NCBI GenBank assembly: GCA_963764165.1
Contig: CAVXRD010000001.1
Coordinates: forward strand, 1,056,001 to 1,120,000
Length of the DNA: 64,000 nt
Reading direction: 5' to 3'
From: an uncultured Verrucomicrobiae bacterium
Lineage (GTDB): Bacteria > Verrucomicrobiota > Verrucomicrobiia > Limisphaerales > Palsa-1400
This document shows, in pieces, positions 20,115 to 30,718 of this stretch (within the stretch, counting starts at the first letter, position 1; every line of letters starts with the position of its first letter). The notes beneath the pieces are model-generated. The model was given only the letters and a program-made list of their open reading frames with translations, was not told the DNA's origin and searched no databases. Position numbers and translations under genes: made by a program.

Positions 20115-20852
20115 ATGAACAAAATGAAAAAACGACTCGTACTCATCCTCAATGGCAAAGGCGGCGTGGGCAAAAGCTTCTTTGCCGTGAACTTCATTCA
20201 ATACCTCAAGGACCGCGATATTGCCCACGCGGCCTTCGACAGCGACGACGAGAATTCGACCTTGAAACGCTTCCATTCGGAAGTCGGTTTCATTGACCCT
20301 AACACGCCAACGGACATGGACCGCATGGTGGAACCTTTGGAAGACAAAGATGTGGTGGTGGTGGATTGCCGCGCCGCTTCAACCCGCATTTTCCTCAAGT
20401 ATTTCGAGGAGACAGGGTTGCATACCATACTTGAAGGCATTGGCACTGCCCTGACCATCGCCAGCCCGGTCAATCATGAACTGGACAGTATTCACCAGCT
20501 TCAACGCCTCGTTGGCGGGATTGCCGGAAAGCCGGATTTCCTTATCGTTCGCAACGAAGTCCATGGCGAGGGCTTTGATTTGTTCGACAAATCGAAAATC
20601 CGCCAAAAGCTGTTGAATGACTTGGGCGCGCGCGAAATCCATGTGAAGCAGATGTATAAATGGCTGGTGGAAGGATTGCAGCGGAGCAAGGCCACACCCA
20701 CGCTCGCGCTGAAGGATTCAGACTTCACCATAATGGACCGCCAACGCCTGATCAATTGGCAGCGCCACTTTTATGAACAACTTGATTCGGTGAAAGATTT
20801 GCTTCTGCCTGCAACCGATGAGAAAGGAAAACCCGCCCATGCAGCCGCGTAA
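20115..20852 (+). CDS. ParA/MinD-like P-loop ATPase (TraL/MobD-like)
   Basis: NGKGGVGKS deviant Walker A, FDSDDEN, VVVVDC. Confidence 0.8.
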   Translation: MNKMKKRLVLILNGKGGVGKSFFAVNFIQYLKDRDIAHAAFDSDDENSTLKRFHSEVGFIDPNTPTDMDRMVEPLEDKDVVVVDCRAASTRIFLKYFEETGLHTILEGIGTALTIASPVNHELDSIHQLQRLVGGIAGKPDFLIVRNEVHGEGFDLFDKSKIRQKLLNDLGAREIHVKQMYKWLVEGLQRSKATPTLALKDSDFTIMDRQRLINWQRHFYEQLDSVKDLLLPATDEKGKPAHAAA

Positions 20853-21384
20853 TGTCGAGGACGGCAGACGCCGCCTCAATTCTCCCCGCCGCGACCAACG
20901 CACATTTCGGCTCCTTCCACAGACAGCGGGCGTCCCTCACCCCGCCCGCCCCTGTCCGCTCCAGTCGCCAAAATGTGCGTTCGTCACGGCTTCCCTTTGG
21001 CTTCCGTCTGGACTTGCGTCGCGGCGTTCCGCTACGGATTCCACCCCTGACGCCCTGTTCCATTCCTTCGCTTCACTCTCCGCGCCGCAAGGCCAGACCG
21101 AAGCTAAGATGTCAGCCCATTCGGGTCGGCTTGTCCATGCGGACGACCTCGCATTCACGAACCCCGATTCGAGCCTCATGCAGATGCACTTGAATCGAAT
21201 GAATATCCTTCCATTCGTGACAACGCAGCCAAGGCTGTGGTATTTGCGTAGAGTCGGATGGCAATTGATAAGTGAACTCAAAAAGAATACCGCAAATGTC
21301 CGTGCGAACGCGACGAGCAATCGACGTTTATCTTACGATGAACGTCGGCCAGAGCATTGCCGTCTATGAATACGGAGGGCGCAC

Positions 21385-22929
21385 ATGAGCAAGCTCCGAA
21401 TCTTTATCAGTTCCGTTCAAAAGGAATTGGAGAACGAACGCCTCGCCGTTCTGTCGCTCATTTCGACCGACGCATTTCTTCAAGTCCACTGCGAGCCAGT
21501 GCTCTACGAATTTGAGCCAGCTTCCCCAAAGGACGCCGCTCAAGAATGCCTCGCGCTCCTTAGCGGGTGCGAGATTTGTTTGACCATCATTTGGAAAGAA
21601 TATGGCCACGCCGTTGACGGCGTTTCCATCACGCGGCAGGAGTATCGCCTAGCGAGAAACAAGGGCCTGCCGGTGCTGGCGTTCATCAAGGGTGACGCAA
21701 CACTCCAGCGCGAGCCGGGAACAGCCGACTTTCTCAAGGAAATCGGCAAAGGCGGGCTAAAATACAAACGCTTTGGCAATTTGCTCGAATTGCTCCGGGA
21801 GGTCCGTGCTTCGCTGTTGAAAATCCTGAAGGAGCGGTTCGCCATTGAACCAACGTCCGACGAAAACGAAATCGCAGAGCAGACTATCACGGCAACATCC
21901 AATTTCGAGCTTCAGGCCCTCAAGCGTCTCCGCTGGGAAGACCTCGACCACGAAACCGCACGGCGGTTGGTTGCAAGCGCCGAACAAAAGGAAGCACGGG
22001 GCATTTCAGCAGAAGACCTGCTTCACGATCTGCTTGCGCGCGGCCTGGTCTGGAACGACCCGGAGACTGGCGGCCATTACCCCACCGCTGCGGGCATCGT
22101 TCTGCTGGCTCGCGATCCGTCTGTCGTTTTTCCACATTGCAGGATATTGGCCGACGCCTATCGCGGTATCGAGCCGGATGGAGATCCGTCCGACCACACA
22201 GATTTACGTGCCCCGATGCCGGTTGCCATCGAGCAAGCGATTGCCTTTGTCGAACGCAACACCCGACACCCCATCCGCATCGTTGGGCTTGATCGCGTCC
22301 GACTTGACGAATATCCCGCTGAGGCTTTGCGCGAAGCCTTGGTCAATGCTGTCGCTCATCGGGATTACGAGGACGGCTCCCGCAAAATCATGTTGGAAGT
22401 TTTTCCCGACCGAGTTGTCATTTCCAGTCCCGGACTGCCGCCGCCGCCAATCACATTACAAAAACTGCGGTCCAGGAAATATCGTCCGTGTTCCCGCAAC
22501 CCGATTCTCGCTCAGTGCCTCTCCTTCTTTCATCGCATTGAGGAACGCGGCAGTGGTTTCCGACGAATGCACGACCAGATGGTTGACCACGGGCTTGAAC
22601 AGCCACGACTCGCAACAGATACCGGCTATTTCCAAATCATTTTTGCAGGGCCTGGGAACAATTTGAGGCGGCTACGTGTTCCCGCCGGTCGTGCCAGGAA
22701 AACCGTGCCGCCATCGGTGGAGCAACAACTAACTGAGCGACAGAAGGAAATGGCTACGCTACTTGTGGCTGGGGAAGAATTGACCAGCCGTCAGTGTGAG
22801 GCCAAGTTTGGAATCACCCGTCCAATAACCTCCAAAGATTTTGCGGCTTTGGTTCGATTGGGTTTGGCAGAAAAAATCGGCTCCGGTCGCTCCACCCGAT
22901 ACCGGCTCAAATCCCCAAGTGAATCGTAA
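21385..22929 (+). CDS. DUF4062 + RecG-C-like HATPase + winged-HTH protein
   Basis: RIFISSVQKELENER; EYPAEALREALVNAVAHRDY, SPG, RNP, IEERGSG; C-terminal wHTH ending GSGRSTRY. Confidence 0.85.
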   Translation: MSKLRIFISSVQKELENERLAVLSLISTDAFLQVHCEPVLYEFEPASPKDAAQECLALLSGCEICLTIIWKEYGHAVDGVSITRQEYRLARNKGLPVLAFIKGDATLQREPGTADFLKEIGKGGLKYKRFGNLLELLREVRASLLKILKERFAIEPTSDENEIAEQTITATSNFELQALKRLRWEDLDHETARRLVASAEQKEARGISAEDLLHDLLARGLVWNDPETGGHYPTAAGIVLLARDPSVVFPHCRILADAYRGIEPDGDPSDHTDLRAPMPVAIEQAIAFVERNTRHPIRIVGLDRVRLDEYPAEALREALVNAVAHRDYEDGSRKIMLEVFPDRVVISSPGLPPPPITLQKLRSRKYRPCSRNPILAQCLSFFHRIEERGSGFRRMHDQMVDHGLEQPRLATDTGYFQIIFAGPGNNLRRLRVPAGRARKTVPPSVEQQLTERQKEMATLLVAGEELTSRQCEAKFGITRPITSKDFAALVRLGLAEKIGSGRSTRYRLKSPSES

Positions 22930-23533
22930 ACTAATCGTTAAGCATTTTTCGGTAATCGTAAAGTTGGCTCATGCAGGAACTCACAAGCCACCGTGCTCCG
23001 GCGACTGAAATGAGACGGCAGCAAATCGCCAAATAATCGTCAGGTGTTTTTCCAGAACCGTCAGATGGCTCCTACCCATATCCCGCCGGGGAGGTGCGCA
23101 CGATGTTTTCAAACGGAAATAAGACTTTTATGGGACTTTTGAACCAGAACCCTGTGGGCGGAAGGAGACAATATTGGGACATTGCATCTTGGAGCATCAG
23201 GGGATTGGACGCGGAGGCATCCACATCCTTCGGCGGAATCGTTTCATAAAATTGACAATCGTGCCATCGGCCACCGGCCACCCCGATAATTCCGCACAAT
23301 GGAGTTGGGCCGGTGCCAGGAAAAGCCCGTCCCAAACCCGCCAAACAGGTGTGGTTTAATCGTCAACGTATTTTCCAGAATCGTCAACTTGTCCTCTAAA
23401 GAAAGGGCTTGCCCCGCTCAGGCGCGCAAGTCCCACCGATTCTAAATCGAACGGGAGAAATTGCCCGCAATCGTCAGATAATCGTCAGGTATTTTCCCAG
23501 AATCGTCAGATGGCTTCTGCCCATATCCCGCCA
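22922..23533 (+). repeat. Four clusters of helically phased AATCGT(CA) direct repeats
   Basis: Motif starts 22922/22933/22954, 23024/23035/23056, 23358/23379, 23469/23480/23501; ~65 bp near-identical repeat at 23024 and 23469. Confidence 0.85.
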
Positions 23534-23881
23534 TGTGCCCAAATTCCATCCTGCCGGGCAGGAGCGAACTCGCTTGTCGCCGAAGGGTCGTTATGGATAA
23601 ACTCCCCTGCATTCAGAGATTTAAAATGACGATTAACTAATTTTATAAAAATACATTTCGCGTAGCTTCGGCTGCTGTTCCCCTCGAAACCTAGGAAATT
23701 TCGCACGAAAGACAGCGCTTGATGCACGCCCCGCCTGGGGCGTGCTGAAAGCGTTCTTTCGTGGGCCCCCTAGGTGCCTGAGGAGAGACGTAAGTAAGTA
23801 CGTCCCTCTTTTATTTCAGTCACCAGGGTTCCCACAAAGGACAGTCAAAAACAGGGCTGATTCGCACGCGAGCGAACAGCC

Positions 23882-26800
23882 ATGCCCCGAATCTTCGACA
23901 ACATCGAAGCCGATTTGCTTCCCGCGCTGGCGCAAACACTTTGCGTCTCCGAACGGGCCGACTTTTGCGTCGGCTATTTCAATTTGCGCGGCTGGAAAGC
24001 CATAGATACCTTGATCGACCAATGGGTCGGAGGCGAAGGAGCACAATGCCGTCTCATCGTTGGTATGCAGCGACTCGCTCAGGACGAACTTCGCCAGGCG
24101 TACAGCCTTTTGCCGGAGGAGGAAGAAATCAGCCAAAAGGCGGTCATCCGCTTAAAACGCCGTCTTGCCGAGGAGTTCCGCGCTCAACTCACGTTTGGCG
24201 CACCCACCGACGCGGACGAAGCCGGACTTCGCCGTCTCTCCGCCCAACTCAAAGCGGGCAAAGTGGTGGTAAAATTATTTCTCCGCCACACGCTTCACGC
24301 CAAGCTATACCTTTGCTTTCGCCCCGACCCCAACAATCCCATCACTGGCTTTCTCGGTTCCAGCAATCTCACACTTTCGGGCCTGTCCCATCAAGGCGAA
24401 TTGAACGTGGACGTGCTTGACCAGGACGCCACCGATAAACTTGCTAAATGGTTTAAGGATCGGTGGGATGATCGTTGGTGCGTGGACATCACCCAGGAAC
24501 TGATTCAGGTGATTGACGAGAGTTGGGCGCGGCCAGAATGTCCGCCGCCCTATCAGATTTATGTCAAAATGGCCTACCATTTGGCCGAAGAAGCCCGCGC
24601 CGGCCTGTCAGAATTTTCCATCCCCTCGGACATGCGTGGCACCTTGCTGGAATTTCAATCCGCCGCCGTCCGCATCGCCGCCCGCCATTTGGAAAAACGC
24701 GGCGGCGTCATTCTTGGCGACGTTGTTGGCCTTGGCAAAACCCTCATGGCTACCGCGCTGGCCCGCGTTTTTCAAGACCCGCCGCGCTCTCTCGAAACCC
24801 TCATTCTCTGCCCCAAAAATCTTGTCGGCATGTGGAAGGACTACGCCCACCGCTACCGCTTGATCGCCGAGGTTGTCTCCGTCACTCAGGCGCAAAACAG
24901 TCTCCCCGATCTTCGCCGTTACCGCGTTGTCATCATTGACGAAAGCCACAATTTGCGAAATCGCGAGGGCCGACGCTGGGCCGCTGTCCGCGATTATCTG
25001 GCCCGCAACGCCAGCAAAGTCATTCTTCTTTCCGCCACGCCCTACAACAAAGCCTACCTTGATCTCGCCAACCAACTTCGTCTGTTTATCAATCCAGACG
25101 ATGCAGTCGGCATCCGGCCCGAAGAATACTTGCGGCGTGATTGCGACGGACGGCCCGACGAATTTACCCGCCGCCATCAGTGTGCCGTCAATTGCCTTTC
25201 CGCCTTCGAGAAAAGCGGCCATGCCGACGACTGGCGTGAGTTAATGCGCTTGTTCATGGTCCGCCGCACTCGCAGCTTTGTCGAACGCAACTACGCCTTC
25301 ACCGAATGTCCCAAGTGTTTCACCGTCCTCTTGCCCACTCAGGAAAAGTGTCCCAAGTGCGACCGCGCCAAGGTGAAGGAGGACCGCCGCTTTCTCATCC
25401 TTGAAGGCGGCAGCCGTTTCCATTTCCCCAAACGCCAGCCCAAGACTCTGGCGTTCAAGATTCGCGACAGCGACCAGGCCGACCAATACGCCCGGCTTTA
25501 TTCCGATAAAGTGGTGGACACCGTGCGGATGTTGCACCTTCCACGCTACGGCCTCGCCAATTATTTAAAGCCCACCCTCGACGTGCCGCCGTCCCAGGAC
25601 GAAGCCGAAATGATGGACAACCTCTCCCGCGCTGGCAAACGGCTCATCGGTTTTTGCCGCACCAACCTTTTCAAGCGGCTGGAAAGCAGCGGCCATGCCT
25701 TCCTGCTTTCCGTCCGCCGCCACATTCTGCGCAATTATATTTTTCTGCACGCACTGGAGAAAGGTTTACACCTGCCCATCGGCACCCAGGATTCTGCGCT
25801 GTTCGACACCCGCACCGAAGATCACGACAGCGATAGCAATATGTTTGGCGCGGACGATGCCGCCGCCGCCAAGCCAACCGAAATCACCGCCCAAAACCTC
25901 GCCGAGTTCGCCCAAGCCGGAGCCGCAGGCTATCAAACGCTAAAAACCGACCACGCCCGCAATTTCGATTGGTTGCGCTCCGATGTTTTTGTCGAAGACC
26001 TTTCCCAGCACCTTCAGCAGGACGCCCAGCGGCTTTTCTCCATCCTTGAACTCGCTGGCCAATGGCAACCAGATCAGGATAATAAACTGGCCGAACTCCA
26101 TAAACTTCTGACCAAAAAACATCCCAGCCAGAAAATTCTCATCTTCTCCCAATTCGCCGATACCGTCTCCTACCTTGCCGAGCAGTTGCAGGAACGCGGA
26201 ATTAAGCACATGGCGGGCGTCACCGGCGACACCGAATCGCCATCCAACTATGCCCGCCGTTTCAGTCCCGAAAGCAACAAGGCGCGGGACAAAGGCTCGC
26301 CCCACTACGTTTCGCCCGCTGAAGAACTCCGCGTGTTGGTCGCCACCGATGTTCTCAGCGAGGGCCAAAACCTCCAGGACGCCGCCATCGTTGTGAACTT
26401 CGATTTGCCATGGGCCATCATTCGCCTCATCCAGCGGGCCGGTCGCGTGGACCGTATCGGCCAAAAGGCGGAGGAAATTCTCTGCTACTCCTTTGTCCCC
26501 GCCGAAGGCGTCGAACGCCTCATCCGTCTGCGTATGCGCGTCCGCCAGCGCCTCCAGGAAAACGCCGAAGTCGTTGGCACCGATGAAACCTTTTTCGAGG
26601 ACGAAAAACACGACACTGTCATCCGCGACCTTTTCACCGAGAAATCCGGCGTCCTGGACGACCCGACGGACGACGAAGTGGATCTTGCCTCACTGGCCTA
26701 CCAGATTTGGAAAAACGCTTGTGACACCGATCCGACATTGAAAAAAATCATCCCCGATCTGCCAGGCGTTGTCTTTTCCACCAAAGCCCTGTCCGCCATT

Positions 26801-27364
26801 CCCGCCAAACCCGCCGCCGCCTCTGGCCCCCAGCCCGTCCCCGGCGTCATGGTTTACGTCCGCACCGCCGACGGCAACGATGCGCTCGCTTGGGCGGACG
26901 ATGAAGGCCGCACCGTCACCGAAAGCCAGCACGAAATCTTGCGTGCCGCCGCGTGCGAACCGGCCACCCCGGCGCTCCCGCGCCTAATCAATCACCATCC
27001 GCTCGTCCAAAAAGCCGTCAGCACCATCCAAACCGAACACATCACCACCGGCGGCCAGCTTGGCAAACCTTCCAGCGCCCGCCGCCGGGTCTATGAGCGG
27101 CTTAAAGATTATGCCGCCCAGGTCAAAGACAGCCTGTTTGACATCAAACCGCTTCATCAGGCCATTGATGAAATTTACGAGGCCCCGCTCACCGAATCCG
27201 CCCGCGATCTCCTTAACCGCGAACTCCGCACTGGCGTCAGCGATGAAAAACTTTTTGAACTCGTCCTTTCGCTCCATGAGGAAGACCGGCTTTGCATCCC
27301 GAAAGACGATGCCGAAGCCCGCGAACCCAAAATCATTTGCTCCCTTGGCATCCGTAAAGATTAA
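23882..27364 (+). CDS. PLD-nuclease + SNF2-like helicase (restriction-type subunit)
   Basis: HAKLY...GSSNLT PLD motif; DVVGLGKT, DESH, LSATP, SEGQNLQ, QRAGRVDRIGQ. Confidence 0.92.
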   Translation: MPRIFDNIEADLLPALAQTLCVSERADFCVGYFNLRGWKAIDTLIDQWVGGEGAQCRLIVGMQRLAQDELRQAYSLLPEEEEISQKAVIRLKRRLAEEFRAQLTFGAPTDADEAGLRRLSAQLKAGKVVVKLFLRHTLHAKLYLCFRPDPNNPITGFLGSSNLTLSGLSHQGELNVDVLDQDATDKLAKWFKDRWDDRWCVDITQELIQVIDESWARPECPPPYQIYVKMAYHLAEEARAGLSEFSIPSDMRGTLLEFQSAAVRIAARHLEKRGGVILGDVVGLGKTLMATALARVFQDPPRSLETLILCPKNLVGMWKDYAHRYRLIAEVVSVTQAQNSLPDLRRYRVVIIDESHNLRNREGRRWAAVRDYLARNASKVILLSATPYNKAYLDLANQLRLFINPDDAVGIRPEEYLRRDCDGRPDEFTRRHQCAVNCLSAFEKSGHADDWRELMRLFMVRRTRSFVERNYAFTECPKCFTVLLPTQEKCPKCDRAKVKEDRRFLILEGGSRFHFPKRQPKTLAFKIRDSDQADQYARLYSDKVVDTVRMLHLPRYGLANYLKPTLDVPPSQDEAEMMDNLSRAGKRLIGFCRTNLFKRLESSGHAFLLSVRRHILRNYIFLHALEKGLHLPIGTQDSALFDTRTEDHDSDSNMFGADDAAAAKPTEITAQNLAEFAQAGAAGYQTLKTDHARNFDWLRSDVFVEDLSQHLQQDAQRLFSILELAGQWQPDQDNKLAELHKLLTKKHPSQKILIFSQFADTVSYLAEQLQERGIKHMAGVTGDTESPSNYARRFSPESNKARDKGSPHYVSPAEELRVLVATDVLSEGQNLQDAAIVVNFDLPWAIIRLIQRAGRVDRIGQKAEEILCYSFVPAEGVERLIRLRMRVRQRLQENAEVVGTDETFFEDEKHDTVIRDLFTEKSGVLDDPTDDEVDLASLAYQIWKNACDTDPTLKKIIPDLPGVVFSTKALSAIPAKPAAASGPQPVPGVMVYVRTADGNDALAWADDEGRTVTESQHEILRAAACEPATPALPRLINHHPLVQKAVSTIQTEHITTGGQLGKPSSARRRVYERLKDYAAQVKDSLFDIKPLHQAIDEIYEAPLTESARDLLNRELRTGVSDEKLFELVLSLHEEDRLCIPKDDAEAREPKIICSLGIRKD

Positions 27365-27367
27365 CCT

Positions 27368-30300
27368 ATGCCCCTCGACTTCCAACGCGCCCGCCCCCTC
27401 CTGCAAAACGGGAATCTCAGCAAGTTGTTTGTCGAGGAACTCGGCTGGGAACCCTGTCGTCAAAAACTCACGCTCCGGGCCGGTGAAACTGATTACGCTT
27501 TTACTGCCATCGCCGAAAAACGCGGCTTCACCGCCTGGCTATGCGCCAACGCCGACGGTAAATTGCCAGACCACACCACGCGGTTGAAACTTGACCGCGC
27601 CCTGACTCAGACCAGCTTTGAACATCTCATCGTTTTTCCCACCCGCGACGGCACCCAGCAATCGTGGATGTGGGTGCGCCGCAAAACAGGCAAGCCGCTC
27701 GCCGCCCGCACCCATGAGTTCAATCGCACGCAGCCCGGCGACTCGCTGCTCCAGAAGCTCCAGCACCTCTATATTTCACTCGAAGACGAAGAACGGGGCG
27801 ATGTTCATACCCTCACTCTTTCCGCCGGAGCACAGGCCGCGTTCGACATCGAGCGCGTCACAAAAAAATTCTACAAGGACTTCGATGCGCACCGCATCGC
27901 GTTCCTTAAATTCATTGACGGCATCGGCGAAGTGGCCGACCGCGAATGGTATGCCTCCGTCATGCTGAATCGCCTGATGTTCGTCTATTTCATCCAGCGC
28001 AAGGGCTTCCTCGATGGCGACCACGATTACCTTCGCAACCGTTTGGACCGTTGCAAAAGGGAACAGGGCAAAGACCAGTTCTACACCTTCTACCGTTATT
28101 TCTTGCTCCGGTTGTTCCGTGAAGGCTTCGGCAAACGCCGCAAGGACCGCGCACCTGACCTTGAAAAACTCATCGGCAACATCCCGTATCTCAATGGTGG
28201 CTTGTTCGACGTGCATGAGCTTGAGAAGCCGGAACGCTACGGCAAGGTCATCCAGATTCCCGACAAAGCTTTCGAGCGCATCTTTAATTATTTTGATCAA
28301 TACCAATGGCACTTGGATGAGCGCCCGCTCCGCGACGACAACGAGATCAATCCCGATGTTCTTGGCTACATCTTCGAGAAATACATCAACCAGAAACAAA
28401 TGGGAGCCTATTACAGCAAGGAGGACATCACCGAATACATCAGCAAAAATACCGTACTGCCTTTCCTCTTTGACGCCGCCCGCGCCAAGTGCAAGGTGGC
28501 TTTTGAAAATCCCAACGGCCCAACCGTCTGGGATTTGTTGCGCGAAAATCCTGATCGCTTCATTTATCCCGCCGTGCGCCATGGTACCGATAAAAAACTT
28601 CCGCCGGAAATCGCCGCCGGACTCGATACCACCAAGCCAAACCTGATCGAACGCCGCAAAGTGTGGAATAGACCCGCGCCCAGCGACTACGCCTTGCCTA
28701 CCGAAATCTGGCGTGAAGTCGTCGCCCGCCGACAGCGTTACGGGGAAGTCAGGCAGAAACTCGCCACCGGCCAAGTCCTGGAAGTGAACGACTTCATCAC
28801 CCTGAATCTTGATCTCCGCCAGTTCGCGCAGGATGTCATCCAGAATTGCGAAGGCCCGGATTTACTCATGGCCCTGTGGCAGCCCATCACCACCATCACC
28901 GTCCTTGACCCTACTGGCGGATCAGGCGCGTTCATCTTTGCCGCCCTCAATATACTTGAACCCCTTTACGAAGCCTGTCTGGACCGCATGGAGGCGTTTC
29001 TGGCGGAGTGGGGTGAGAACGGCAAAAAGACCCATCCAAATTATCACAAAAAATTTACCGAAGTCCTCGCCCGCGTTGACGCGCACCCCAACCGGCGCTA
29101 CTTCGTCCTCAAATCCATCATCATCAATAATCTCTACGCCGTGGACATCATGGAAGAGGCGGTGGAAATCTGCAAACTGCGCCTGTTCCTCAAGCTCGCC
29201 GCTCAGGTCGAGCCGGACGTTGGACGCGATAACCTCGGCATCGAACCGCTCCCGGACATTGACTTCAACATCCGCGCCGGCAACACACTCGTCGGTTATG
29301 CCACGGCGCAGGAAGTGCGCAAGTGCCTCACCTCGGAGAAGACGTCCGGCCACGACCAAATGCGCCTTGGTGTGCTGGGGGAAAAAGACGCCTACGCCAC
29401 CTTCGAGGACAAACTACAGATCGCCGACGCGGCATATCGCAGCTTCCGTCAGCAGCAGACCGAACTCGGTGGCATCGTCACGGCCCAGGATAAAGCCGAC
29501 TTAAAAACCAAACTCAAGACACTCGAAGACGAATTAAACTGCTATCTGGCGCGCGAATATGGTGTCAAAGTGAGCGACAAGCCCGCTTACTCCAACTGGC
29601 TGAAGTCCCACCAGCCGTTCCACTGGTTCATCCAGTTCTACAGCATTATCGCTCGCGGCGGCTTCGATGTCACCATCGGCAACCCACCGTACGTCGAATA
29701 CGGCACGAAGTTACAAAGCCAGTACCAGGTCAGGAACTACGCAACGCTGTCATGCGGCAACCTCCACGCTTTTTGCGCCGAAAGGAGCCTCTCGTTGACC
29801 TCACCGTCTGGTTGCGTCGGCCTCATTGTTCCACTCCCGTCCATCAACACAGATCGAATGGCTGCGCTACAGTCGCTCGTGAAACCAAACACGGGGGCCA
29901 AGGGAAGAAGTCTCTGGGTGTCCGCTTTCGACGAGCGTCCAAGCAATCTATTCAGCGGCGTGGACCAAAGACTGGTCATCGAGATCTTCGGTGCGGAAGC
30001 GCAACCACCCACCCTCGCCACAACTGGGATAAATCGGTGGGCCTCCAAGACCCGCGACAATCTCTTCCCGACCATCGCCTACTCACTTCAAGACAACGAG
30101 TCCATAGGCCGAACACGTACCATCCTCAAACTCAAGAACGTAGCCATCGAAACCTCCCTTCTCAGGAAACTCTACTCAAATGACCCCATCGAACACTTCC
30201 GCTCCACGCTGCCCACCAAGAACCTAGTCGCATACCGCACAGCAGGTGGAAGATACTGGAAAGTCGCACTGGACACTCCCTTCGACTCTGAGGCTGTTAG

Positions 30301-30718
30301 CGGCAAGGTGGCATATCTACAGGGTATTTCTGGCAGACAAGCTGTTGCCCTAATCAGCAGCTCCACGTTCTGGTGGTACTACTCCTCCCACTTCGACATG
30401 TACAACCTCAAGGACTACATGATATTTGGTTTTCGATTCTCAAGCGCCTCCCAAAGCATCCTCGCCGACCTGGACAAGATTGCTGGGAAACTCGTGAAAT
30501 CCATCGAACATAACGCGGAGGTTCAAACAATGCAGTCGCAAACCCGCGGGGCCGTTGAGCAGAAGATATATAAAGCCGGTAAGTCCAAGCCCATAATCGA
30601 CGAAATCGACACAGTGCTTGCGGAGCACTATGGGTTCACAGAGGAGGAATTGGACTTCATCGTGAATTACGACATCAAATACCGCCTTGGCCGCGACACC
30701 GAAACCGAGGAGGAGTGA
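27368..30718 (+). CDS. Eco57I/type IIG-like amino-DNA methyltransferase with C-terminal target recognition domain
   Basis: PYLNGGLF, GAYYS, DPTGGSGAF (motif I), GNPPY (motif IV). Confidence 0.92.
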   Translation: MPLDFQRARPLLQNGNLSKLFVEELGWEPCRQKLTLRAGETDYAFTAIAEKRGFTAWLCANADGKLPDHTTRLKLDRALTQTSFEHLIVFPTRDGTQQSWMWVRRKTGKPLAARTHEFNRTQPGDSLLQKLQHLYISLEDEERGDVHTLTLSAGAQAAFDIERVTKKFYKDFDAHRIAFLKFIDGIGEVADREWYASVMLNRLMFVYFIQRKGFLDGDHDYLRNRLDRCKREQGKDQFYTFYRYFLLRLFREGFGKRRKDRAPDLEKLIGNIPYLNGGLFDVHELEKPERYGKVIQIPDKAFERIFNYFDQYQWHLDERPLRDDNEINPDVLGYIFEKYINQKQMGAYYSKEDITEYISKNTVLPFLFDAARAKCKVAFENPNGPTVWDLLRENPDRFIYPAVRHGTDKKLPPEIAAGLDTTKPNLIERRKVWNRPAPSDYALPTEIWREVVARRQRYGEVRQKLATGQVLEVNDFITLNLDLRQFAQDVIQNCEGPDLLMALWQPITTITVLDPTGGSGAFIFAALNILEPLYEACLDRMEAFLAEWGENGKKTHPNYHKKFTEVLARVDAHPNRRYFVLKSIIINNLYAVDIMEEAVEICKLRLFLKLAAQVEPDVGRDNLGIEPLPDIDFNIRAGNTLVGYATAQEVRKCLTSEKTSGHDQMRLGVLGEKDAYATFEDKLQIADAAYRSFRQQQTELGGIVTAQDKADLKTKLKTLEDELNCYLAREYGVKVSDKPAYSNWLKSHQPFHWFIQFYSIIARGGFDVTIGNPPYVEYGTKLQSQYQVRNYATLSCGNLHAFCAERSLSLTSPSGCVGLIVPLPSINTDRMAALQSLVKPNTGAKGRSLWVSAFDERPSNLFSGVDQRLVIEIFGAEAQPPTLATTGINRWASKTRDNLFPTIAYSLQDNESIGRTRTILKLKNVAIETSLLRKLYSNDPIEHFRSTLPTKNLVAYRTAGGRYWKVALDTPFDSEAVSGKVAYLQGISGRQAVALISSSTFWWYYSSHFDMYNLKDYMIFGFRFSSASQSILADLDKIAGKLVKSIEHNAEVQTMQSQTRGAVEQKIYKAGKSKPIIDEIDTVLAEHYGFTEEELDFIVNYDIKYRLGRDTETEEE

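Noticed and set aside
22922..23533. CRISPR array interpretation of the repeats
   Set aside because: Repeat units are degenerate, gaps between clusters are irregular (roughly 60-300 bp) and no cas genes are present
27776..28774. 332-aa minus-strand ORF (likewise 10158-11159, 55697-56677, 61567-62466)
   Set aside because: Antisense shadows of well-supported genes
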